Positions 14,485 to 27,432 of a stretch of DNA of 64,000 bases are shown in pieces. A program made the translations under genes and the position numbers. The stretch comes from Lingula anatina (lineage: Eukaryota; Animalia; Brachiopoda): the NCBI GenBank assembly GCA_051362555.1, contig CM120641.1:20398001-20462000 (forward strand). Direction: 5' to 3'. The notes beneath the pieces were generated by a model. The model worked only from the letters and a program-made list of their open reading frames with translations. It had not been told where the DNA came from and made no database searches. Position 1 is the first letter of the stretch; each line of letters opens with the position of its first letter.

Positions 14485-14610
14485 TCGTAGTCGTCAGCTG
14501 CTCCGTGGTGATACAGCCATCTCGGTTGCGGTTAAATTGCGAATAATCCTCAACGATTTTCATATCCCGTCTGGTTCCGCGGCCATCTTAGATTTACATA
14601 GAAAAAGGTC
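14485..14610 (-). promoter_or_regulatory. Probable promoter and first exon of a second minus-strand transcript
   Basis: Local CpG enrichment; pyrimidine initiator-like CCTTTTTC (14601-14608); YY1-type AAGATGGCCGC; consensus donor GTAAGT at 14484. Confidence 0.65.
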
Positions 14611-15061
14611 AAGGTTATTCGCTGTCCGGACTCATTAGGATATTATTCTTAACTGGTTGGTTCGTGTTTAATATTTGATGGCGAAATGACGATATCAAAT
14701 CGTGATAGTAATTTCGAGGCGATCAATAACTGACATATGCATATACACTCAGTGTTGACAAAACCAGCAATGTAGATTGTGTTAGAAAATGTCTAGGAGA
14801 GACGAAACTCAACTAACGCAACCAAAGGGATGAGCACAAGCATTAAGCCGATAAGCAGATTCATTGCGTTCGGCCCCATAGCACGTCGCACCAAAACATT
14901 AAAAAATATTCAAAATATATGCATAGTGTAATTAAGACAAGTATATCAGTTTAGTGAAAAGGAATCACTGCTTTTAAATCTTTAAAATAAAGTTTATGTG
15001 TGATAAAATCAAGTTTTTTTTTAGAAATGGTTATATAGCCTATATATAGAAATGGTATATA

Positions 15062-15099
<38 letters not shown>

Positions 15100-16999
15100 T
15101 TATTATATGTAAAAAGGAGGAATTGTACAATGCCAATGCGATGTAAATTTTACACGTGGGGAATTCAGGTGGTTAAAGATCGATAACCTATAAATTTATA
15201 AGCTATCTGTGAAAAAGGAAATGCCTCTCATTTTCACATTTTCCTTAACTTCCGATCGTTATCTGTGATCGGGAATCTTACAGCATTTTAGATTGCAAGA
15301 CTCATTTGCTTACCTGGATGAGCATAATCTTCATATCTCCCCGAGGGGCACCTCCTCAGGAAGCAACTGGTCTTATCAAGGAAGGTGTCAATAATTGTAC
15401 AAATAACTGTTGACGTTGCATTGCTGGCAAATGTGACGCTTAAATTTTGGGCTGGATTTCTTGATACTGTTTATCTCTTGAGTCAGTCATACACCGGTGA
15501 AAAAGGTGCAAGCTTAGTGCACTGCCAACACATTGAAAAAATCTGATAGGTATTTTTTTAATTCCCAAAGATGAACAGAGGAGGGAGCAACGGTTGCAGG
15601 CTATAGGTCGTGATCGTGACAAAAGGCGGGGTTATTGATTGAAACAAGATTTGGTCATAGCTACATGCACTAAAAGATTTGCGTATGTGTGTTCAGTTCA
15701 TTTATTACAGATTAAAAGAAAGTTATTATACATTGTTTGGTATTTGTGTTAGCCATTTATAGCAGGAATTAAATAGTTACACGTTTAAGATTATATCTTG
15801 TTTTTGTAGGTGTGAGGGTAGGCCTATATTAATTGGGTTTGGGTATATAATGTCAAACTTTTTTGTAACTAGTTGATTGACGGCGGTTTTAAGACAAGCT
15901 AAATTGGTGTACGTCACTAAATTGTGAAACCTGTAAATTTGTCTATCTAAATCTGTTAGTTAACAAGTAAAATCGGAAAAAAAAGTTGACATAAGTAAAG
16001 CGACCTTAACTGGTCAAATAACAACTTTATGATGTGCTTGATATTAGATTTTATTAAGAACTTGTATGTTTTGAAACTTAACGTACTGCCATCTAGGCAA
16101 TTTCGACAACTTTCGCACCAGGAAATTGTACATTTAAATTGTATTTAAACATATCACGCAAAACTGCTAATACAAATACTTGTAACGTACACCATGCAGT
16201 GTCTTATCTTCCAAAAAATCAGCAAGCAAGCATTAATACTTTCCTTTCAGGCTTGCATCAGTACAAGTATACAGACCAAAGGAAGACATGGGACCAAACC
16301 TAAAGCCTTGATAACATCGTCCCCACCTCATTCCCTCTGATTTTATCAGCACTAGGAGATATAATCACAGTTTGTGTTAATCTTACAATGATGATTATTC
16401 CAATAACTTCTAAGTGCTGCACACTTTCCAGGTCTTCATAATGTTCCACATTAAAAATGCCTTTTTATTTCAGCACCACACAGTACACAAGTACACCACA
16501 CAGTATACAAGTGGTCAAGCACTGTATGATATCATCGGACCAAATCTGACAACATTAACATAATAGTCAATGCAATCCGCCATGTTTTCAATTTGTTTTT
16601 CCCCATTTCTGGTGGACTTGCCAGCTTTTAATTAAGGAAAAGTGCCCAGATGACCAACTGTAAGAATGGAAACTTTTTCCAAGTTTGAAAAAACAGCAAC
16701 AAAAATGTCGGTTTCTACTGTACAATAATTTTAATATATCCGTTGAATTTGGAAAAATGTACACAATACATTTAGATAATTGTCTTGGATATTTCATTTG
16801 GCCATTTTTAGTTACTTTAACGTACCATCTGCTTTACATCTTCACTAGAGTCAACTTTTCAGGTCCCCCTTGGAAATATCTTGGATGGAGAAATTTTAAT
16901 TAATTTTAATTTAAAAATGGCACATATATGAGGAATTGAAATACAGGTTGTTCATTTCAGTGAGAGACACCAGTTTGTGTGCTTTTTAAAGTGAAAATA

Positions 17000-17005
17000 T
17001 TTATT
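17000..17005 (-). promoter_or_regulatory. Candidate poly(A) signal AATAAA ending a PLC-beta 3' UTR of about 3.7 kb (another candidate at 17181-17186)
   Basis: TTTATT on the + strand downstream of the stop; usage not demonstrated. Confidence 0.3.
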
Positions 17006-18580
17006 GAGAACAATAAGTTGATAGTTATCAAATCATTAATGACTGATCTACTGTACAATATTATATTCCTTTAGAAAAGCTTGAACTCCAACTTGAATAG
17101 TATATATATATTCCGATCAGTGAATGTAAGTGAAAAGACCATTTAACAAAGTGATTTTCAAACAAATGACATACAAAATATTTATTGCGATGTTACGATG
17201 TTTACCGGCTAAATACAGTGAAAATAAGGCAAATGCATGATGGATGTACATGTATTATTTACTGGACCAGTTGAAATGCAACTGTCAGTCCAAAGGTTCT
17301 GTAGTTAAGCCAAAAGTTGCTTGGATAAATGCTGAACTGACATCAGCTGAATTATACCTATTGCACAGACAGGAGCTGGCTCAATAAATCCCCATTTATA
17401 AAAACTTCTTTCACAAAAAATCTCCAAGACTGCTTACTGCTTACTTTCAATTTTTAATTTAAGCTTAAACATCATTAATCTCAGGGGGCAGAATAAAGCA
17501 TTAGCTGCTCCATGAATTTAAAAAAAGGAAAAAATGGTAAACAAAGTGCTTCAAATATAAAAAAAATTCTATTACATATATGCCATCAGATAGACTGATC
17601 ACAACAATTTTCAGTTTTTTGCAGGAATTGTATTTGAACATCATTATGCACGCTTCATTGGTTGACTGCCAGGGTGACAGGCCCTTACGGCCTTCCAAGA
17701 TAGTTTTATCAATATAAAAAACAGCATTTGACATTATTCAAATGCAATCTGGTAAAAACACTTTGATTTCCACTCAGTCACGATAGATAAATGTCAACAA
17801 GTGATCAATGACAATCTAAATTAAGCCAGCATGGGTTTTCTCCGATTTCTGATGGGCATGGAAATATAACATGCAGCAGGCTTTTTTTAAATGTGCCTAG
17901 ACCAAATGTGGATTTTGTGCAATGGGCTAAGCTAAGCAGTCCATGCTTAACACAAATACACTTTCTGTAATATTAGCCCTTTGATACCATCTTGTTTCAT
18001 AGAGGTATTCTTTCATAGACAAAGTGAGTTTACACCTAATCCCCCTCACAAGCACACAAAAAATGTAAAACGGTATCTGCTGTCTGGTTATTGGTTTTTC
18101 ATAACAAAAATACTGTATTCCAATCTTTACAGTGCAGATATTATTATTTTTTGTGACCAACTAAAGTAAATCCTGTGTTACCCCACTCACAGACAATGGT
18201 GCTAAACACAAAACTCTGGAATAATGTTAAAGATGTTGCAATCAAGTGACTGTTGACTGAAATTAATACTAGAATTGCCTTTTGCTTAATCTGATCTAAA
18301 CATGACGCAGCACAACATCCTGTGACACCTAGAGTAATGTGTAAAAGCAAATTACAGTAAATGCAATAAGTAAAACAAGGACCGATGTGTATATAATAAT
18401 TACTGCTGAGACAAACAGACAAAAATTATGTAACAGATACACCATGTAATAGATACTTGTTTGTGATATACAAGAGTACCAAGTGGTTGTTACCTACTAC
18501 TTGCTGACAAGTGAGGTATCTTACACTAAGGCAGATGTTAAGAACTAAATGCCCAGGTATGATGAAACTTGCATTTATGT

Positions 18581-18891
18581 GGGTGCTTTCAGAACAAGTT
18601 GATCAGTGGACTAACAGACCTGCAGATCAAATATGGCTGGCCCCCTTAAAAGCGATGCCACTAATCCCCTTATGGTCCCCCCGCCTACCACACATGTACA
18701 GGCCTGCAGGAGCCTAGAAATTGTATGGATTTAATCTTGGCTCCGAGGTTTAATTGTTAGCCCCTTGCAGGGCTGGCACATGTAGTAGTGGGGAGACCAC
18801 TAGGGAATTACCAGCATCGCTTTTAAGTGGGGATGGCCATATTTAGTCCGCCAATCAGTTAGTCCCTGGATCACCTGTTGTGAATGCAACC
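18581..18891. mobile_element. Foldback MITE of the same family as 10614-10806 (a further fragment at 12631-12677)
   Basis: Long imperfect inverted arms; shared GACTAACAGACC..ATCAAATATGGCTG. Confidence 0.8.
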
Positions 18892-20689
18892 TATGTTATG
18901 TGCATGTACTTATATACAAGATGCATCAAGGGGCAGTGTATAATTTAATTTCAACAATTACTGTGGAAAAAATATTATAGGATGTGAATTTAGGCAGAGG
19001 AAGGGGATCCCTTTGCAAAATGAAAAGTTTTCAGGAGTTTGCAAGAAAAATTCACTGTGGATTTGTAGCAGGCCTGATATTTTGCCAAGAGCCAGTCTGC
19101 ATGGTTATATTTCAAACAGGGATGACTTTATCCCTTTTTTTGGTACAATTCAGAAACAAATAACTGAAATGTATTCTCAGTGTTGTCATATCATTCAATT
19201 GTTCTTCTTCAGCTTAATGGGTGGTTCCAAACTTTCTAACCTAATACAGATTCTACAGAGATCAAAATGTTTGGTCCAGATAATACATTGTATGGATCAT
19301 GCAAGAAAGATAAATAAATGAGAATGAAGAACATTTAAGTAATGGTTACTTAAATGCATCATATATGGAATGTGTAGAGAAAGACAAAATATGTAATAAA
19401 TATGATCCCAATTAAGTATAAACAAAATTATAAACATCTAAATATAAGTTGTATATAAATATTTGTCGGCAACATAGTTCACATATATCACTGCTTTGAC
19501 TGTGCCTCATCAAAATTTCTGAGACCCAAACTTGCATTCAGTCAAATTACTTCATTTTTTCAAGTAAGACATTCACTTTGTTAACAACAATTTCATATCT
19601 CATACATATTTCATGCACTTCTTGCCTGGATCATTATCATGAATATCTAGCTGAAAGCCTGGTATATGTGGCATGTTAATATGTGTGAATCCAATGACAA
19701 TAGAAATACAGACATACTTGTTATTGCACTTAATAAGAAAACATTTGATCACTATTAATCTAACTAGAAATATACCCACAGATTAAATAAGTAAAATGCA
19801 CACATAAGTCATGCCTTTATGTAAAAATTAATTTGAAGGACATTTTTGTGATGTGAAAGTAAGAAACCTATATCACAATATTACAACAAATTTGCATGTT
19901 TAGAGCAATCTTTTCTATTCAGCTGTAGAATGTTTCCCTATACACTGCTTTCTTAATTGATTAAATAAATTCATCTGATTGCTATAGCTTCTTAAGTAGG
20001 AAAAGATTTCTAATGGCATTTGGAAAACCATTAAGCACCAGTCTATGGTTAAACTACCATATACAGAATATATGAACACTTAATTAGAACTATGAAAGTT
20101 GATCACTGACTTCTTTTATCCGAGGCATTGAATGTCATAGTAAATATAGAAATATGCTTGTAAGTAGTCATCCTTACATTACATTATGCTGTACTAATAC
20201 AAATATATATATGAATGTATATAAATACTGATAAAATATATATTCTCTGGTCCTGATTACTATATGAAATTTACGACAATAATCTCGAAACCTTCACATT
20301 GTCCTCCTTTATGCCTACAGTCAAATTTACAACATATCTTGCCTAAGAATCCACACTTTTTTCTTGCTATTTTGTTTTTATTATGCTCCATCATGGAGAG
20401 GCATTCCTAACTTTAATTGACCTTAATTACTGACACATACAGACTGATTTGGAAAATACAGCCTTAGCTGTCAGTGCTGATTGCAATCTGTCAAAAATGG
20501 ATTGCTTTGCTCTGTGTTATGGACCCAAAACAACCAACTCTCCATCAAATTGCTAAGTGAATTTGTAATATGAAATATTGCAAGAACAAGAGCACAATTT
20601 CTAAACTTTTCAATTAAAAAGGCTACCCTAGACAACGGACATGGACTCTTCTCATTTTTCCGATGTCTCATTGCACAGTGCCATCATCA

Positions 20690-20872
20690 TTACAGAGGCT
20701 TCACAGACAACAACTGAGTGGTTGACTCATCATCTGAAGTGAGATCATCTACGCTGTCTGCTATCGAAAGAGTGCTTAAAATCTCCATGGACTTCCAGCG
20801 ATACCACTCCCGATACTCCTGCTCTATCTTAAGACACTTGTCTTCATAGTCTTGTTGCAGATCTTCATTTCT
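20690..20872 (-). CDS. PLCB: PLC-beta last coding exon ([20 protein letters not shown]...[11 protein letters not shown])
   Basis: tttcag acceptor, 60 codons plus TAA, continues the helical pattern; not in the ORF track. Confidence 0.78.
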   Translation of the reverse strand, partial: RNEDLQQDYEDKCLKIEQEYREWYRWKSMEILSTLSIADSVDDLTSDDESTTQLLSVKPL

Positions 20873-22844
20873 CTGAAATATATGAAAAAATAATGAAACA
20901 TATTAGTGGCCAACCAGATCTATGAACTATATCTATGAAAAAAAGAGATAGAGGTTATGGGTGGTAATCTGCTTGGTGATTTGCAATATTAGAGTTTTGT
21001 GCAATATTCCCTGATGGCAAACAATGCACACAATATGTTCGTGTTTTACGGTCTACAGTTGACTTTTCACTCAAAAATATATATTGATATGTATTTATGT
21101 ATGGTCTTCAATACACCTCCTCCCTTCCCAATAAAAAAATACTCCCATATCTTCTACATTAGCCCCCTATTTTATGTCCATTAAAATGAATCACTCACAA
21201 CAGGCTATTTCTAAAAATATGAACATGTTATTAGGCTTATTAATGAACAAAATATTAGAACCTGATACAATGAGGATTATCTAAATCCAATATAATTATG
21301 TATGATTATAACAGTGTGGCAGGTAATCCTAATATAATCAGCTTAATTTACTGATAAATGATACTCAAAAGAAGTCAGGGAATATCCACTATTTAAGTTT
21401 GAACCATGCCTACTGTTATTAAAATTCAGTAGTCTATATGATAATATTTCTACTTTAACTGTGTTTCATTTAAAAAAACTTTGCACTCATCAAATGGTAA
21501 TAATTATGATTATTTTGTGGGATGAAATACATGAAAAATTGGGTAAAATTATTTAGCCTCCCAACTTAATCCTGGGTGAAGGATGAACAGATAGCAAGCT
21601 TGCAATCACCCATATGAATAGTCATTGTGAGAATGACACTGCAAGAGCTTTGACTAAAACATTTCTTAGCCTTGCTCAAACACTGTGGTTTAATTGTCAC
21701 TGGAAGAAGGAGGGAGGGAGGGATATATACACTCATTAGATGTAAGCTTTGATGTGCATTAGACACTGTCAGAAGACTAGGTGTGAGTCCTTCAGTAACT
21801 CACAGGCTGAATAAGTGGTTCATGGCAACAGCTAGAGAGTTAGCCATCAGACCCAGGTCAGTGTGACCTTGTGTTAACACCCCAGGTAAGGATCATTTTC
21901 TTTATTTGTCTGATATACGGAACCATACTGTCACTGCTAGAACACTACAAATATTTCCCAGAACAGCCATTCACACATACTACCATCAATGGCCAAACTG
22001 TCAGAAGCTGTTTCAGGGAGTGAAACTTCTGTTCAAGACTCCAGGCAGTGCAACCAGTCTTAATGGCAAGACAAAACAGCTCTAGTGACAATGGCAACCC
22101 ATCACAGATACTAGACACATCCAAGAATGGTTACTATATATGTCTTAACTGAGTACAGATATACAACCCAGAGCAGTAATGACAGAACTCGCATGAACAG
22201 GTGAGTCCAGACGGATGGGACCTTTACTACCCACATCAAGTGTGGTGGTGGCAGTGTAAATTTCACCAGATTCTACCACAGGAATGAAATCCTGATAAAG
22301 CTGGTAATGCCATCCCTCTGTAGGATAGATCATGGAACCATTCTACAAGTTGACAATTCACGTTCTCACTGTTCAAGATTTCATTCAGCAGAAGAATGTC
22401 CATAGAAAGGACTGCTTGGCCCATTTGCCTAATATGCACCCTTATGGGACCACTTAATGCTTTGATTTTAGCAAAATCACCACCCATCAGTAGATCTCAA
22501 TAAGCTTCACTTGCTCAATGGCTCATCCAAGGAAAATCCAACGGAATTTCCTTCCACAGCTGTTGCTCAAGACATTAATTGCTTAACAGAGATGCGTTGT
22601 GAAACACCTGTGGTTTTCAGAGACATGCACACATGATACTGAAAATTACTAGCTGGAAATGAACTTTGAGATTGAATTTCAATTTTTTACCACCCCTTCC
22701 TTTATATGCTCATTTGCATAATGACACCTGATAGTTAAGTCCAAACACAATTCTATAAAGTGATGGATGACAATCATTTTTGCGTTTGAAATTAAGGTAT
22801 ATGACAGTTACTTTTCTTAGTGTTCCCTAACTTCTTTTGAGCAG

Positions 22845-22876
<32 letters not shown>

Positions 22877-25800
22877 GTGTCCAAGTGTCTAGGATTGAGT
22901 TTATATCAAATTCCAAAGCCGATGTAATGACAGAAGCCAAGAATAAATAGAACAGGTTTGAAATATAATAAGCATGCAAGTAATCTTCTTAACTGAGAGA
23001 CTTTATCATGCATATATGTAACAGTTCTTTAATTAAAAACCAATGCATGAATAACTAAACATTATAAAAAAAAATTGCTGTATTACCCAAAAGGATCACA
23101 GTTAAGAAGCTCAAGATACTTATAAGAGCAAATCCGTTTGTCTCAAATTTTGCAATAACATGTTGTCTATTTGCACAGTCTGCAAAGAATACAGTATAGC
23201 ATTCATAAATAAGTTGAGAGAAACTTTAGACATGGCTTTTGTACAAGTGTATTAGAAGAAAAGCAATCTGGCATGTTGATAATATACATCTCATTTATTT
23301 ATGAGTAGTACCCTACATACTGAATGTCCATCATATAAATGAAATCACATCTGTTGTGAATTTTGCATCTATAGTAAAGAAAACATGTTCTAAGTTATAA
23401 ATCTAAGTTTGCTATGAAGCTATTAATTTAAATCTTTAATTAGAATAGCAGATATTAACAAAAAGTTATATGTTTTAAAGATTGATGACTCAGCAGGCTT
23501 GTAGGTGGGGACAGGAGGTTCGGCTGAGACAAGGTCTGTTCTAGTTCAAAATTTTACCTAGGTTCAATGTCATTTGGAAAATAAATAGGTCCACTTTTCA
23601 AGAAAAGACCCCAATTAATTTACATATTCACATGAGCAAATGTACGTCTAAGATTTTATTGAAATTTGTTGCACAATCAATACCAATATCAATATCATTA
23701 CAAGTGGAGCACCCGCATAACTACCAAAAATTAAGATGGGAAATGAAATGTAACCCACCTTCTGCCTCTCTTCTGCTAGAGTTTTTTTCACCGCCTCATG
23801 ATTTTCTTTCACTTCAGTAACTCTCTTTTCTAGCAAACCCTTCAGCTGAAATTGGAAAAGCAAAACCAATCAAAATATATCAGCTTGATTTTTATCAATT
23901 ATCTAAAACCACAAACTATTTAATACATACTTTCCAGCAGGTATCAGAAGTTACAGAGTACTTTCTCACTACAAACCTTTTGTACGTTGTTAGTCATCCA
24001 GTAGAATATGAATGAGAAATATGAATAACTCTGATACTGGAACTTGCATTTATGTCGGTCAGTTACTAAATATAAGTTCCAGTACCAGTTATTCATATTT
24101 ATCAAAACTGTTTCTTATTCTTCTTTCTTTTTCATTAATAGTATCATTATTATTATGTGACATACAGTAAAAATCTTTTCTCTATTTTTGTTTTTCAGGT
24201 ATATAATTTTTTAATTTTTGTAAAACAGTAGGTTTATTCTCTGAATTTTTTGCAATTATCTTTATTTTAACAAATCAGTTCAGACAATCTTAAATGGTTG
24301 CCACTAGCCCCATAAAACATTTATCTACACAAAAACAAATGCAGTCATCTATTCAATAAATTTTACTTTTTAGTTACCTTTTCTCTTTCTGCTACTGCCA
24401 TAGTAATATGTTTATGCTGGTTTTCACGTTTTACCCTAAAACAATCAACATAAAATAAAAAGTTCAGTTGTTTGCTTAAATGATTGCCCCCCCCCCCCCC
24501 CCCCCCCCCCGGGATTTGAGGTGCAAAAAAAAAAAAAAAAAAAAAATCGCAAAGGTAAAAAAAAAAAATTGCAAAGTTGATATCAATTCTGTGAGAAAAT
24601 GCACTCACGGCCACTAGACAATCATTCAACAATTTGTTTACAAAGGAGTACTCTTTTTAGCCAACTCACTTCATGCCAAAAAGCTCACCCTCCCTTAGGG
24701 AGCTATCCCCCAGGCCAATTGGCGTGTTGTGTTGAAAAAATGACTGTACTTATGGCAAAATGAACCCACAATTTCTGACTTCTGATCGAGCAATAAATAA
24801 CAGTTAAAATGCACCAGAATGCAGTATTATACATACAGTTTTTTAAAAATTTCTACACAGTGGGAGGGGGAGACCCCCTCCCCCCTAAGGGGGTTCGCCC
24901 CTTCCTGTCTGCTTACTGCCCCCCTGGCATTTTGCTCAGGCTACGGCCCTGATTGCTCTGTTCTGTCTATTAATGATTCTTTTAGTTACATCATAGAAGT
25001 AGAGACTCTACTTCTATGGTTACATGAAGACTACCAACTAAAGTAAAGTGCAACACATTTATTTTATTTAACTGTAAATCAGTATTTTATCATGATAATA
25101 GAAAAGCTCTTCACAAAAAGTGTATAATATCTGGCACCTTGATAATTCTTGTTTGTCTTTATGCTTTTTCTGTAATGCCTTGATCTCCTCCCTGTTTTGC
25201 TGCGCAAGCCGTTTTTTCAAGAGATCCACTTCATCTTCATGTATATCTCTCAGCATCTCCAATCTGTCATCTAGGCTTGTCTGCAGGATTTGATCCATCA
25301 GGTCGTACATGGGTTTGTCCAGCGCACGCACACTGTCTAGCTCAAGTTGGAAATGAGACTGTGACAGTTCTATCAAATCTTCACTGTGGATACGCTTCAT
25401 TTCTGCACGCTAAATACAAAATTAAAGGTTTTTAAGGTAACTCAGAGAAAAAAATTCTAAATTTGTGGTTCACAATGGTTTAAAAATGGAATCAAGGGGA
25501 GGCAAAAAGGTATTTCTACAATGTACTGTCTGAAACAAAATATTTCTTCAAATGCTAAACACCCCAGAAAAAAAAAACATTCTTTTTCACCTCTCGTTTT
25601 TGTGCATCCTTCAGCTGGTTGAGCTGTTGGTCAAGTGAGGGCTGCAAGTTCTCCAATGATCCATTCCTGCCTGCTTTCTTGAGTATCTTTCTGTGTTTTT
25701 TCTCCATGGATCTTACTGCTTTGAAGTGAGACACCAGAAGCTTCTGCTCTATAGTTCTGTGGACATCCTGCATATTTTGTTTAGCCTAAATTAAAAAGCA

Positions 25801-27372
25801 GGCACCAATCATTTGCTGTTATTCAAGTGTCTTATCAATTTTAAAGGTGTCATTCAATGTGCAACTTTGTTATCAATCCCTATAAGTGACAAATAAAAAG
25901 AACCAGCAAAATAATTTTACTTTACTTCATGTACAACAGATAAAATCCAACAATCTTTTTAAAGAATGAAATCACTGCAAACTTTAAACAATATAATAGC
26001 TAGTACATATTAATAATAATGAAATCACAGATTTTTCTTTTTTTTTTTTTTCATTTTTACGTAAGCTCCAGAGAAACTGCTGCAACTGATTTGCTAGCTT
26101 ACCTTCTGATGCTTCTTTTGCAGCTTTTCAATCTCTTTCTTCATCTTGAGTCTGTACTTAAGGAAGGGCCTCTGCTGTTTAAGTTCTTCCAGAGAGATGG
26201 CGGCTGACATTTCTGGGTCTTCAAATTTAAAAGAAAACAAAATCCACTGAGATATCAACAATATCTTTGATTAAAATAAAAGCTTATGGCTTAATGCTGC
26301 ATTTCATATGTATGCACTGGGAGAAATGGGATTTGAAGATCACCAGAGGTTAAAGGTCAGAAAAATAATGGATTATCTTTAAATACATTCCACATTGGAG
26401 CATCCTATTTATATTTGTAAAATACTGCACTGCACTATCTTCATATGCTTATATTATTATAGGTCAGGAATTATGGTAAAGCTGGGAGATTAGTGGTTAT
26501 AAATATAATAGCCACAACAACAACAAAGTGCATGTTTAAAAACAAATTCAAACAAAAAAACTGCTTCCTTACTAGCCAGTTTGGTGGTCCCAAGAAATGA
26601 TGCTGTGGACAACTGGGCACTTGATTCAGTCCCCGAGAGAATTTTTGTGACATCTTGATGAGTCGCCCCAGCTGAAAAGACATCATAATGATAAATTCAG
26701 AATATTAGTAATTATTTTGTTTAAAAAAATCTCAACTATATCATTCATATTTGGGACACATCCGTAATAAGTTTTGTAGTGAACATTTATAATATTACAT
26801 TTGATTTAAACCAACACACACAGACAGGGTGCTTACAATGTTTGACCTATGTGTTTGCTTAGCTACTGTACAAAAAAAAAAAAAAAAAAAAGGCTGAAGC
26901 AGCTTCTAAAATGCATTTATGTAAAGATATGCTAAAATGAAGTCAGCAGCTTTGCTTAGTTTTTCACTGTTGAGTTCATTGTATGCATTACGCAGAAAAT
27001 AAATTCTAGGAAGTTTTTACCCCAGAACAAATTATTTTCATTCTGAGACTGTATTTCCAAGAGCTTAATATTCCATTAATGTAAGATGTCTATCAAAGTA
27101 TATCTTTCAAAAATATTCTGGAAATTTGTTCAGGACATGTCAACTCTCCCAATTTTGAGTTTTTCTAATTTGGGGACATCTCCTGAACCAAAATTCACTA
27201 GACCAGTTTGCTTTGAGAGTCCCTTATAGACTACAGTTAAAAAATAGAGTACCAAACAAACATAACTAACCACAAATAACAGGTGATCAATTGTTTTCAT
27301 TAGCCATGTTTCAGTAGGCTTAGCTATAAATATACGTTTTAAAGCTCACATGTGAAACTAGACCCTGAAAAC

Positions 27373-27432
<60 letters not shown>

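Noticed and set aside
21566-22487. Minus-strand ORFs as extra PLC-beta exons
   Set aside because: They are the antisense of the decayed Tc1 transposase.
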